Source of the DNA: Myxococcales bacterium
Lineage (GTDB): Bacteria > Myxococcota_A > UBA9042
Length of the DNA stretch: 64,000 nucleotides
NCBI GenBank assembly: GCA_009692465.1
Contig: SHZD01000004.1
Span: 9,239-73,238 of the forward strand
Direction of reading: 5' to 3'
This document shows, piece by piece, positions 18,460 to 29,783 of this stretch (position 1 is the first letter of the stretch; each line of letters starts with the position of its first letter). Below the pieces are notes generated by a model. It ran no database searches. It was given only the letters and a program-made list of their open reading frames with translations, and was not told where the DNA came from. The translations under genes were made by a program, and so were the position numbers.

Positions 18460-21400
18460 ATGGACGCAGCCATCGGCAACACCAACGCCAACACCGACGC
18501 CGCCGATCAGGGCAGTGTGATTGCCAGTCATGCCCACATCGGCCCAAGCTTGAGCAGTGCGATCTCGCTGTCGTCGACGGGTACGCAGATACCGAATGGC
18601 ACCTATAACTGCGCCGTCGACAGTTCAACAAGTTCGGCACAGGCTTCGCTTTTTGACACAATGGTCGCCGCGGCCGCCCAAGCGCCGCGCCTAGATACGC
18701 ACAGCGTGAGCGTTGCCCATTCCACCGCCGGCACTGCATTGCCCGCCACCCAGCGCCCCGACCGTGGGGCTGGTTTGGCTTGCACGCGCCTGTTTTCGCG
18801 AGTTGGAGTGCATCCGTTTGAAGAAGTGGCGTGGGAACGCCGCACCGCCAGCATCACCAATACCAAGGGCGAGGTCATTTTCGAGCAGAAAGGCGTGGAA
18901 TTTCCTGCGTCTTGGTCGCAGACGGCAACGGCTGTCGTAGTCTCGAAGTACTTTCGCGGCACCTTGGGCACGGCCGATCGCGAGTCGAGCGTGCGCGAGT
19001 TGATCGGTCGCGTCGCCGGCACCATCGCCAGCTGGGCCAAGGCCGGCCGCTACTTCGCCACCGACGACGACCTGCACGTGTTCGAGATGGAGCTGACTTG
19101 GTTGTTGTTGCACCAACGGATGAGCTTCAATTCTCCGGTGTGGTTCAACGTCGGGGTTGAAAAGCAACCCCAATGTTCGGCCTGTTTTATCAACAGCGTA
19201 GACGACACCATGGAGTCCATTCTCGGCTTGGCGAAGACCGAAGGCATGTTGTTCAAGTTCGGTTCGGGTACCGGCAGCAATTTGTCGCCCATTCGCTCGT
19301 CGCAAGAAGCGTTGGCTGGGGGCGGCGAAGCGTCGGGGCCCGTCAGTTTCATGAAAGGTTTTGATGCGTTTGCTGGCGTCATCAAAAGTGGTGGCAAGAC
19401 ACGCCGAGCGGCCAAGATGGTCATCTTGAACGCGGATCACCCGGATATTTTGGAATTCATTCACTGCAAAGAGCGCGAGGAAAAGAAAGCGTGGGCGTTG
19501 ATTGACGCTGGCTACGACGGTCGCATCGATGGCGAAGCGTACACCTCGGTGTTTTTTCAGAATTCGAATAATTCGGTACGGGTCACCGACCGCTTCATGC
19601 GCGCCGTGGAACGCGATGAACTGTGGCAGACCAAAGCCATTACCAACGGTCAGGTGGTGGAGACGATGCGCGCTCGCCAACTGATGCACGCGATCGCCGA
19701 GGCGACATGGTGGTGCGGCGATCCGGGCATGCAGTTCGACACCACCATCAACGACTGGCACACCTGCCCCAACACTGCGCCGATCAACGCCAGCAATCCG
19801 TGCAGCGAGTACATGTTTCTCGATGATTCGGCGTGCAACTTGGCTTCGCTCAATTTGCTCAGGTTCGTCGGAGCCGATGGCGAGTTTGACTGCCGGGCGT
19901 TTCAACACGCGGTGGACGTGACGATTACCGCTCAAGAGATCTTGGTCGATTTTGCCTCCTACCCAACCGCCAAGATTGAAAAGAACAGCCACGCTTTTCG
20001 GCCTTTAGGCATTGGTTTTGCCAATATCGGCGCCCTGCTGATGACCCGCGGGATGGCCTATGACAGCGACGACGGGCGGGCATACGCCGCCGCGATCACT
20101 GCGCTGATGCACGGCGAGGCCAACTTGCAGTCGGCGCGGATTGCCGAGCAAATTGGCACATTTCCGGGCTATGCTCTCAATCGCGAGCCGATGCTGGGCG
20201 TGATGCGCAAACATCAAGCGGCGATTGGCGGCATCGATGAACGCAGGGTCCCGGCGCCGATGCTGGCGGCGGTTCGGGCGGTGTGGAACGACGCGATCGA
20301 AGTGGGCACGGAGCACGGCTTTCGCAATGCCCAAGTCTCGGTGTTGGCGCCGACTGGAACCATCGCCTTTATGATGGACTGCGACACCACCGGGATCGAA
20401 CCCGATATCGCGCTGGTTAAATACAAGAAACTGGTGGGCGGCGGCACGCTCAAGATCGTCAATCAGTCGGTGCCCGAAGCCCTGCGGCGCTTGGGCTACG
20501 CGCAGGCCGAAGTCGGCGAGATTACGACCTACATCGATCAGCACGATACCATCGAAGGCGCTCCAGGCCTGCGTGACGAGCACTTGCCGGTCTTTGATTG
20601 CGCGTTTCGGCCGGCCAATGGTTCGCGGTCGATTCATTACCGCGGCCACCTCAAAATGATGGGGGCGGTGCAGCCGTTCTTGTCCGGGGCGATTTCTAAG
20701 ACCGTCAATCTGCCGGCGGAAGCAACGGTCGATGAGATTATGCGCACCTACGATGAGGCGTGGCAGCTGGGCGTCAAGGCGGTCGCGATCTACCGCGATG
20801 GCTGCAAGCGCATCCAGCCGATGAATACCAAAAAGACCAGTGAAGACGCAGGGGAGCGGATCCAGACCCCGGCCGAAGTGGTCGAAAAAATCGTCGAGCG
20901 CGAGGTGGTACGCGAGGTCTACAAGCCGCTGCGCAAGAAACTGCCCGATGAACGGCAGGCGCTGACCCACAAGTTCTCGATCGCCGGCCACGAGGGCTAC
21001 ATCACGGTCGGCATGTACGAGGAGGGCAATCCCGGCGAAGTGTTTATCACCATGGCCAAGGAAGGCAGCACGCTGTCGGGTCTGCTCGATGCGTTTGCCA
21101 CGGCGATTTCGCTGGCGCTGCAGTACGGCGTGCCACTGCAAGTGTTGGCCGATAAGTTCACGGCGACGCGGTTTGAGCCGTCCGGCTTTACTGGAAACAA
21201 AGACATTCCGATGGCCAAGTCGATCACCGACTACATTTTTCGCTGGCTGTCGCTCAAATTCTTGCTGCAAGGCGACGCCCAGCTGGACAGCGCCGATTTG
21301 GCCCACGCGTTGCCGACCCAGCCGATCAACTCGCAACACCAGCCGATGACCTCCCAGCAGGCTTCGACCGGGGTGGCGCTCAAAGTCAAGATGCTCAACG

Positions 21401-21567
21401 AGCCGTCGGTGCGAACGACCCAGATACTGCCGTCGCCGCAAGCTCAAGATCGGCTGTACCAAGCGCGGGCCGACGCCCCGCTGTGCACGGGCTGCGGCCG
21501 AATGATGACGCCAGCGGGCAAGTGCTATCGCTGCGATTGTGGACAGACTTCGGGCGGTTGCTCGTAG
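18460..21567 (+). CDS. nrdJ: Adenosylcobalamin-dependent (class II) ribonucleoside-diphosphate reductase with C-terminal Cys4 zinc ribbon
   Basis: Strong SD (aaggag, 7-nt spacer) before ATG 18460. Class II RNR core (CFINSVDDTMESIL..., FKFGSGTGSNLSPIRS, NPCSEYMF) and C-terminal CTGCGRMMTPAGKCYRCDCG. The ORF-track start at 17689 is an in-frame read-through of the repeats. Confidence 0.9.
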   Translation: MDAAIGNTNANTDAADQGSVIASHAHIGPSLSSAISLSSTGTQIPNGTYNCAVDSSTSSAQASLFDTMVAAAAQAPRLDTHSVSVAHSTAGTALPATQRPDRGAGLACTRLFSRVGVHPFEEVAWERRTASITNTKGEVIFEQKGVEFPASWSQTATAVVVSKYFRGTLGTADRESSVRELIGRVAGTIASWAKAGRYFATDDDLHVFEMELTWLLLHQRMSFNSPVWFNVGVEKQPQCSACFINSVDDTMESILGLAKTEGMLFKFGSGTGSNLSPIRSSQEALAGGGEASGPVSFMKGFDAFAGVIKSGGKTRRAAKMVILNADHPDILEFIHCKEREEKKAWALIDAGYDGRIDGEAYTSVFFQNSNNSVRVTDRFMRAVERDELWQTKAITNGQVVETMRARQLMHAIAEATWWCGDPGMQFDTTINDWHTCPNTAPINASNPCSEYMFLDDSACNLASLNLLRFVGADGEFDCRAFQHAVDVTITAQEILVDFASYPTAKIEKNSHAFRPLGIGFANIGALLMTRGMAYDSDDGRAYAAAITALMHGEANLQSARIAEQIGTFPGYALNREPMLGVMRKHQAAIGGIDERRVPAPMLAAVRAVWNDAIEVGTEHGFRNAQVSVLAPTGTIAFMMDCDTTGIEPDIALVKYKKLVGGGTLKIVNQSVPEALRRLGYAQAEVGEITTYIDQHDTIEGAPGLRDEHLPVFDCAFRPANGSRSIHYRGHLKMMGAVQPFLSGAISKTVNLPAEATVDEIMRTYDEAWQLGVKAVAIYRDGCKRIQPMNTKKTSEDAGERIQTPAEVVEKIVEREVVREVYKPLRKKLPDERQALTHKFSIAGHEGYITVGMYEEGNPGEVFITMAKEGSTLSGLLDAFATAISLALQYGVPLQVLADKFTATRFEPSGFTGNKDIPMAKSITDYIFRWLSLKFLLQGDAQLDSADLAHALPTQPINSQHQPMTSQQASTGVALKVKMLNEPSVRTTQILPSPQAQDRLYQARADAPLCTGCGRMMTPAGKCYRCDCGQTSGGCS

Positions 21568-21591
21568 AGAGCGCCCAGGTCCCGTTCAGGC

Positions 21592-23253
<1,662 letters not shown>

Positions 23254-23267
23254 TGGGGCCTTCCTCT

Positions 23268-23392
23268 TTGGAACCGTCCCTGAATAAGTCATTCTGAGAC
23301 TGGTTCCATTTGCTAGCTTTGTTGGTCGCTAAGCTCGCGTCCTGAAAGCGCGACTCGCCGGTCCAGTGTTGCGCGAGTCGATCGAGTTATTC
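23268..23392. mobile_element. Family B repeat copy (IR-N9-IR head ggaaccgtccctgaataagtcattctgagactggttcc + ttggtcgctaagctcgcgtc core), truncated and fused to family A
   Basis: Homologous to 38222-38350 and 60093-60240. Sits ~15 nt upstream of the gpmI start codon. Confidence 0.75.
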
Positions 23393-23602
23393 TGGGAGCC
23401 TGTCGGAAATCAATCGGTTGTGAAATGTCTATCAGGTTATACACAATGAATCTATTACGATCTGACAAGCTCCTAGCCAGTCAGCTATTCTCAACTGTCC
23501 GAGAACTGCCCGGAGTGAATCCATGCAGTTTCAGACAGTTGCCGCCGTCTAGCCAGACGGCGCTAGGAGCGAGGCGGAATACTCCGACACGCTCCTAGGA
23601 CG
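23393..23602. mobile_element. Family A MITE/REP-like element, copy 2 (reverse orientation)
   Basis: Reverse complement of copy 1 (4464-4672) with a few substitutions. Confidence 0.8.
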
Positions 23603-23668
23603 CGAGTTTGCGACCCACCCACCGAGAAACTTGATCAATACGCAATAAAGTCATTGATGTACGATCGC

Positions 23669-25141
23669 TTAGAGGCGGTAGCCAAAGCCGAATTCCACGC
23701 CCAGCGGACGATTGAGGGCTTCGGCCCCACTGAGCGGCAAGAAATAGTTGGACATGGACACCCGCACGGCCATCACAAAATCGCGGCCGACGTGCAATTG
23801 GCCGCCTAGGCCGCCGTTAATGCCGAACAGGACGCGCTCGTCCAGATTGAGCACGCTGGTTTTGTCGCACAAGCGGTGATTGACGCCGAATAACTTGCAG
23901 TTGGGATCGATGGAGGTGACGAAATTGCCAAGTAAGTGGGCGTCAAGGCCTAAGTTGGCAAAGACGCGCAGCGGACCACTGCGGCCAACCGCGCCCAACC
24001 CGGTGATCACGCGGAGCGAATTGAACGATCGCAGCAGATCGCGGTAGGGGTCGGGCAGGCTAGTGTGCAGCCCTAAGCGCCCGTACCAATGCAAGTTTTG
24101 CCGGATTACCATGTCGGCGCCACCAGCAAAGCCTAGGCTCTGAAAATCGCGCCGGGTCGGTTGCTTGAGGAAAAGTGCCCACGATAACGACATGTCGGGC
24201 CATACGGTCTGGGTCGACGGCACTGAAACACCTTGGTGGGCGATGGGCACACACGCCAGCCAGCGGGTGATAAACGGCTCGAGACGCACCGGCAGTTCGG
24301 CGAGGGCAAAATGGGCTTCCGCTTCAATCAGGCGTTTTTGGGCAGAAAACACGGCAACGAACAGCTCAGGGCCGTGGTCGCCACGCCGCAAGGTGGACAA
24401 CACCAACCAGTCAACCCCCAACTTGCGGGCGACGGCGGCCATGCGCGTATTGTCGCCGTAGGGTCGCGATGGATCAGCGGTACTCAAGAAGTCGGTCAAG
24501 GCCGCGGCGATGGCGGCGGCGGCCGCTGGGGCAAAGAAATCGCGGCGAAACCGGCGGTCGGGCTGGTGCGCAAAGCCCGCTTTGATGGCGACGTGCCCCT
24601 CAGCGGCGCGGCCCGCGTCCACCAGTGCCACTCCCAGCATGAATTGGGCGTCAGCGCTGGCCTTGGGCTCAAATACTTCGGCAAAAACATCAGCATAGAC
24701 GCGAGTGGCCTGGGCCAGCTTTTCGACAGCTCGACCGGTAGCCAACCCGAGATAGAGTTCAAGACCGTGTCGATAGAATTGTTGGGCGGCAGCCGTGCGC
24801 GCGGCGACGTCACTTGCTGTGGCCAAGGCTGCCCGCACCGCTGGCGCGGGCAACGGATCGACGTACGGCATTTCACGCAGGGCCGACGCCACGGCGGCGT
24901 CGACTTGGGCGGAGGTCGTGTCGGTTGCGGGCGACAGTTCTGGGGCAAAAACAGCGGATGCAGCCACCAAATAGCTCTTGATGGGCAAGATGGCGACCGT
25001 CAATGGGCGTTTATTGACATCGGGGACGTCGCTGGCCGTCAGCGCATAGGGCCGCGGCGCAGGCTGGGCCGCAGCAGGACCCGCGGGTGGTGCGACGATT
25101 CCGCCTAGCGTCAAGACCCACAGCGCGCCGAACGCCCGCAT
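23669..25141 (-). CDS. Putative outer-membrane beta-barrel protein (unknown function)
   Basis: Signal peptide MRAFGALWVLTLGGIVAPPAGPAAAQP. C-terminal half shows alternating hydrophobic beta-strand pattern ending GVEFGFGYRL. Last gene of a 5-gene minus-strand operon. Confidence 0.45.
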   Translation of the reverse strand: MRAFGALWVLTLGGIVAPPAGPAAAQPAPRPYALTASDVPDVNKRPLTVAILPIKSYLVAASAVFAPELSPATDTTSAQVDAAVASALREMPYVDPLPAPAVRAALATASDVAARTAAAQQFYRHGLELYLGLATGRAVEKLAQATRVYADVFAEVFEPKASADAQFMLGVALVDAGRAAEGHVAIKAGFAHQPDRRFRRDFFAPAAAAAIAAALTDFLSTADPSRPYGDNTRMAAVARKLGVDWLVLSTLRRGDHGPELFVAVFSAQKRLIEAEAHFALAELPVRLEPFITRWLACVPIAHQGVSVPSTQTVWPDMSLSWALFLKQPTRRDFQSLGFAGGADMVIRQNLHWYGRLGLHTSLPDPYRDLLRSFNSLRVITGLGAVGRSGPLRVFANLGLDAHLLGNFVTSIDPNCKLFGVNHRLCDKTSVLNLDERVLFGINGGLGGQLHVGRDFVMAVRVSMSNYFLPLSGAEALNRPLGVEFGFGYRL

Positions 25142-25143
25142 GG

Positions 25144-25746
25144 TCACAGTCCGCTGCTGGTGTTGCCGGTCGGCAAAGGCAACGGGCACTGCAGGTCGGC
25201 GTCGGCGATGTCGCCTGCGCCGCCAAACTGCTCCAAGTCGATGTTCGTTTCGCGTTGGTTCAAGGGCGAGCCGGGATGGTTGACCTTGAGCTTGAGCTGA
25301 GCGCCCATGGGCGTCCGCACCAGTTCACCACGAACCAAAAGCGGTTGGCGGGTAGAGCCGCCCGGCAAACAGCCTTCAATGGAAAACCAAGCGTGAGCGG
25401 CTGCGGTATCCACTTTACCACTGTGCAAGTACACGCACGCACACTCGCGATCGGGAGCATCGGCGTTGCGGGCCCGCAAGAACGCCTGAGCGCGAAAAAA
25501 GCGAATTACCCCAGCGATATCCGGCCCGAATTCGCCAATGATGACTTCGACGGCGATCGCGGTCCCGTCGTTGCCGCGAACCAACGAATCGCTGCCAATC
25601 GGCGCCATCCCGCGCCAAATGCCGCCCAACTCGCCGCCACTACTGCAACTAGCAGCAATGGCGAGGGCGTACACCATGGCGAGGGCGTACACAGCCCGGT
25701 AGGCAAGCCATCGCGCAGATCCCACGGCTATTCGAGCGGGGCGCAA
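25144..25746 (-). CDS. Putative lipoprotein (unknown function)
   Basis: Hydrophobic N-terminus followed by a lipobox-like AIAASCSSGG. Tightly packed against its neighbours. Confidence 0.45.
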   Translation of the reverse strand: MRPARIAVGSARWLAYRAVYALAMVYALAIAASCSSGGELGGIWRGMAPIGSDSLVRGNDGTAIAVEVIIGEFGPDIAGVIRFFRAQAFLRARNADAPDRECACVYLHSGKVDTAAAHAWFSIEGCLPGGSTRQPLLVRGELVRTPMGAQLKLKVNHPGSPLNQRETNIDLEQFGGAGDIADADLQCPLPLPTGNTSSGL

Positions 25747-26453
25747 ACGACTTGAAAATTATCGATGTAGATGCCGGCGCCGCCGCGAATGCCGATCATC
25801 ACCATGCCCGGCGGGCAAATGGCCTCAAACGGGGTGCCGCCCGCGCCGCCGACGCTCGACAAATTGACTTGGTTGCGGCCGACTTTGACTTTGACTTTGC
25901 GCTTTTGCAATTCGTCCAACGCATCTTGCAGCAGCTTGGCGGTGAAATTGCCGAGCCGATCGGCGTTGGCGGCTTTTTCGGCCTCATAGGCGAAGCCGGC
26001 TTTTTCGGCATACGGGACGATGCGCTTGCCGTCGCCGCCGCCAGCCAAGCTGGGCTCGCTGGAAATGGCTTCGCCCGATAGGGATTCCTGCAGGACTTCG
26101 CCAATTCCGGGCATCGAAATCACGATGATCGCGGTCTTGGGATCCAAGTTTTTGGGCAGCGCCGTCAGCCGCCCTAGAGCGATTGAATAGTGGCCGTTGT
26201 CGATGGCAACCCAGTGTTTCTCTTTCCAAAACGCCTTTTTCGATTTGGGTCGGCGCAGCTCAAATTGCATTTGAAAGATGCCGGCGACGGGCTTGTTGTC
26301 ATCATCTTTGAGCGTGCTCTGGTAGCTGACGATGGTGCGGGAATCGGCCTTGCGGGCCGGCTCTCCGGCCCATGCGGAGCCAGCGCCCGCAACTGCAAAC
26401 GCCATCACGGCAAAACAGGCAAGTGTATAAAAGTCAAAGCGAACCCGAACCAT
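25728..26453 (-). CDS. Secreted protein, unknown function
   Basis: Internal start MVRVRFDFYTLACFAVMAFAVAGAGSAWA (signal peptide). C-terminal Gly-rich Cys-containing region. Confidence 0.45.
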   Translation of the reverse strand: MVRVRFDFYTLACFAVMAFAVAGAGSAWAGEPARKADSRTIVSYQSTLKDDDNKPVAGIFQMQFELRRPKSKKAFWKEKHWVAIDNGHYSIALGRLTALPKNLDPKTAIIVISMPGIGEVLQESLSGEAISSEPSLAGGGDGKRIVPYAEKAGFAYEAEKAANADRLGNFTAKLLQDALDELQKRKVKVKVGRNQVNLSSVGGAGGTPFEAICPPGMVMIGIRGGAGIYIDNFQVVCAPLE

Positions 26454-26549
26454 ACTCGATCTCCTTGGGCCTAAACCCGCGCGCAAGGGTAGCTGCTGTT
26501 GCCCTCTGGTTTCAATCATCGGCGGCAAAACGACCACTGCTCGTGCTTT

Positions 26550-28088
26550 TTAGGGCGATGGCAGGCCACCATCGAGCCAAATCCACAGCGAATCTGCAGA
26601 TCGCGCGATGTCCGTGACCACCGTACCAGCCGGCAGCGCCGCAGTAGTGGGTAACACCGCGTCTGGCGAAAAAATGCTGACGATGGCCGCTCGCACCAAC
26701 ACTTCGAGAGGCCCGGCTTTAGCCGCCACCGTGCCACCGACGATCGGACTGGAGACGACGGCGCTATCCATGCTGCCAGTAGCCAAATGCAACGAAATTT
26801 GGCCATTACCGTTGACAGTCGGCACTAACGCACCGCGCAACCTGCCGCGAACCGCAAAAACTACCGCTTGAGCTCCGCTGACGCGGCCGATAATTTCCAA
26901 GGTGGCGTCATTGAATTGCCAGGCGATGGCCGGGCCAACGCCGCTGTCAATCAGTTCTGTGGTCGGCGAACTGTGCGGCAAAAGGCGGGCCAGCGGTGGC
27001 GATTCATCAATCCAGCCAGCCAGTTCTGGCACAACGGCGCTTGCCCAGTTGGTGGCTGTTCCGGTGAGTTGAACCTCAGCAACGGTGCGACAATAGGCAC
27101 CGGCGCGGGCCGCGGCCGCAACGAGTAGCCCAATTGCGGATTGGTGGACAACCAGCGCCCGCCGCAACACCGCCTTGGCCGCCGGGACCGGTGCAGGGGC
27201 CAAACTGGCCGCTATGGGCGCTGGGGCAGCTTGCACATCAACGGCACAGGGATCGCGCACGGCGTTGCTTGCCAAGGCCAGCTCAAAAACTGCATACTTT
27301 CCAACAACTGACGCTGGTGAGGCCCCTAGTTCGCCAAAATAGCGCTGTTCCAGATCGAGCGCTCCGCTCGCAGCTACATGGGGCGACCACCGAATCCCGA
27401 CCGCCAATTCGACCGGAGCTAGCGTGCGCAATGCCTGCAAAGTAGCGGCACTCAGTCGTGGCAGCCACGCGGCATGGATGGCCAACTGAACGGCCTGGGC
27501 GACTTGATCTTGACCGGCCGCCGAAAGCGGTGCGAGGCAAGGCTCCGAAGCAGGAACAATGCCATGTTTTACAGCCAGTTCTGGCGCGGCAGCCAGCGTC
27601 ACTTCGACTTTGCCTGTGGCCGTGGTGGTGGTGCGGGCGCGCAGCTTGGCCGTCGCCTGCTTGACGGTCCACGCCAGCGCGCAGGCCGGTTCGCCACTGC
27701 GGCCAATCGCCAAGGCGATGCTCAGCGGGGCACTGTGACCGACGACCTCAAGTTCGCCGGCGGCTGTCCACTGAGCGGCCATCGTGGCGACCGGCAAGGC
27801 GGCGTTGAAAGCGGACAACTGGTGGTCCCCGCCCACGAGCTTAGTGGGCGCTGCGGCCAATTCGATGCTTTTGCCACTGACTACACGAATTGTTTCGGCA
27901 ATTTGAGGCATATCGGCTGCCGCCACGGCTAACCGCACCGCCCGAGTTTGGCGCAGCTCCGGTGCCAGTGGACTGGGCAGCGGAGCCCAATTGCCGCATC
28001 CAGCGCAGGTAGCCACCGCGAAGGCGGCCATTGTCGCAGCCGCGGCGGCGCAACCGCTGACCCAAGGCCATTTTCGGCCAGATGCGAC
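26550..28088 (-). CDS. Ala-rich secreted/lipoprotein, unknown function (start approximate)
   Basis: ORF continues upstream into the previous gene. A plausible start is near RKWPWVSGCAAAAATMAAFAVATCAGC (signal/lipobox-like). Long Ala/Leu/Val-rich body. Confidence 0.4.
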   Translation of the reverse strand, partial: VASGRKWPWVSGCAAAAATMAAFAVATCAGCGNWAPLPSPLAPELRQTRAVRLAVAAADMPQIAETIRVVSGKSIELAAAPTKLVGGDHQLSAFNAALPVATMAAQWTAAGELEVVGHSAPLSIALAIGRSGEPACALAWTVKQATAKLRARTTTTATGKVEVTLAAAPELAVKHGIVPASEPCLAPLSAAGQDQVAQAVQLAIHAAWLPRLSAATLQALRTLAPVELAVGIRWSPHVAASGALDLEQRYFGELGASPASVVGKYAVFELALASNAVRDPCAVDVQAAPAPIAASLAPAPVPAAKAVLRRALVVHQSAIGLLVAAAARAGAYCRTVAEVQLTGTATNWASAVVPELAGWIDESPPLARLLPHSSPTTELIDSGVGPAIAWQFNDATLEIIGRVSGAQAVVFAVRGRLRGALVPTVNGNGQISLHLATGSMDSAVVSSPIVGGTVAAKAGPLEVLVRAAIVSIFSPDAVLPTTAALPAGTVVTDIARSADSLWIWLDGGLPSP

Positions 28089-28105
28089 CGCAGTGGTGGC
28101 CGGGG

Positions 28106-29538
28106 TCACGGCCAGCTCCCGGGGGCCAACTGGGCGGTGGTCAAATGGGCAGCCGACGGCAAGCGACCGCGGCCGACTTCGATCCACGCCCACCGAATTG
28201 CACCGTCGCTGGCCACGGTTAGATTGGGCCACAGCTGCAAGTTGCCGGCGTTGCCTGCTAGTGCTGTGGTGGCGGGGTCGAAACTGCCATTGAGTCGCTG
28301 CAAGGCCACATTGGCTCTCCACGTTGAACCATTGAACCAGGCCACTGCCGCCCGACCGTCCGCGCGCACCCCCAATGCCAACTCGGTCCCAACCCATTGC
28401 GGCGTGACGGTACCCGCTGGTCCTGGCAAAGCGCCATTGACCACCGTGCGCGAAACGACGGCACTGCCGGCCACGCGGGCCAGGCGGATTTGCCCCAAGG
28501 TGCGGTCGCGGTAGGCCACCAACAGCGCGCCATCGGGAGCCAAAGCGAGAGCGCAAGGGTCTCCGGCATCGCCGGTATCGACGCCAGTGACCGGATCGAC
28601 GCCGGCAATTCGCAAACTATCCCACTCGCCGGCAGTCCGAACCGCCAAAACCAGATCGCCATGGGTAGCGTCATAGGCCGAGATCGCCAAACCGGACGGC
28701 ATCGCGACCATCGCCAGACTGCGACCAAAATCTGTGCTGGCCGCCAAGCCTTTGCGTGGCCCGGCGGGCATCGGTACTGGTGTTACCGACCATTGGCCGC
28801 TGCTTTGCTGCTGAGCGACTACGATACCTGAGGCGCCAATCGTGCGCAGGGCAACGGTGGGCTGGCCATCCACTAGCGCGATCGCTAGCGGCGACGTCAC
28901 CGCGCCGAGCTTGTCGATTTGGGCAGACTGCCACTGCGTGCCTGAGCCGGTGGCCAAAAATGCGACGTGATCACTGGGACGAATCCACGCGATGTAGGCA
29001 ACGCCGTTGGAATCTTGGGCAGCCGCGACGTTTTGACCGGCCGGTTGTTCGCCAGCATGGGCCGCAGGGCCGGCTAAAAACGCGGCCGACTTGCCGTCAA
29101 AGGCCGCCAGACTTTGGCGCTCTGGCGAATAGCCGGCAATGAGCAGGCCTCCCGAGGGACGCGCCACCAGGGCAAAGCGGCCAAAGAGCCGCGGCTGAGC
29201 CGAGTTGGAGTGGTCACCCAATCGACACAGTCCCGTCGCTTGGTCACAGGCGTAGCCGACCGGGCAGGCGCCAACCTCGCAGCCGGGGTTGGTCTGGCCA
29301 CACCCCCAGCCCAAACAGGCGATTGCGGTGGTCACTACGAACACGGACACGCAGCACGCGATCGATTGGCGAGCCCAACGGCGTAGGGCACCGGCTGGCA
29401 AGGTCGCGAGCGCACGCCCAAGCAAAGACGTAGGGGGCCGGGCTGCAAAATCGACTAGATTGTGCACCGATCCCAAGCGACGGGCGGCCGAAAGGTTCTC
29501 ATTGCAGGGAGTGGACACGACTAGCAGCTCATGCATCG
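28106..29538 (-). CDS. Membrane-anchored protein with Trp/Gly-rich beta-propeller-like ectodomain (start approximate)
   Basis: Start placed at MHELLVV... downstream of the 29746-29783 hairpin. TM segment IACCVSVFVVTTAIACLGWGC followed by repeated W/G-rich blades. Confidence 0.4.
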
Positions 29539-29745
29539 AACGCCAAGGGTGGCAGAATCGTGGGCAACGGCGCAAGCAACTGCAGTGACTGCCGGTGAAT
29601 TCACAGCAAACCCAGCTTCGTTGCGGCACGCCGCGAACGGCACCCTCGACAGATGAAACTTGTTTGAGTGCTGCAAGGCGCCGGGGGCTGCGGGCGCCCG
29701 CGCGGCTACGCAGCACACGTGGGGCGGCGCGCCCCGAGTTTGTAT

Positions 29746-29783
29746 CTAGGAGCGTGTCGGAGTACTCCGACATGCTCCTAGCC
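29746..29783. terminator. Solo family A terminal hairpin (ctaggagcgtgtcggagtactccgacatgctcctag) directly after the stop of the upstream minus-strand gene
   Basis: Near-perfect 17+17 inverted repeat, identical to the end module of family A elements. Position is consistent with a transcription terminator/REP role. Confidence 0.5.

Noticed and set aside
18691-19992. Large antisense ORFs inside nrdJ (433 aa) and inside other genes (e.g. 20005-21462, 834-1364, 2955-3941)
   Set aside because: Typical spurious long ORFs on the opposite strand of high-GC coding regions. No motifs, and they overlap strongly supported genes.
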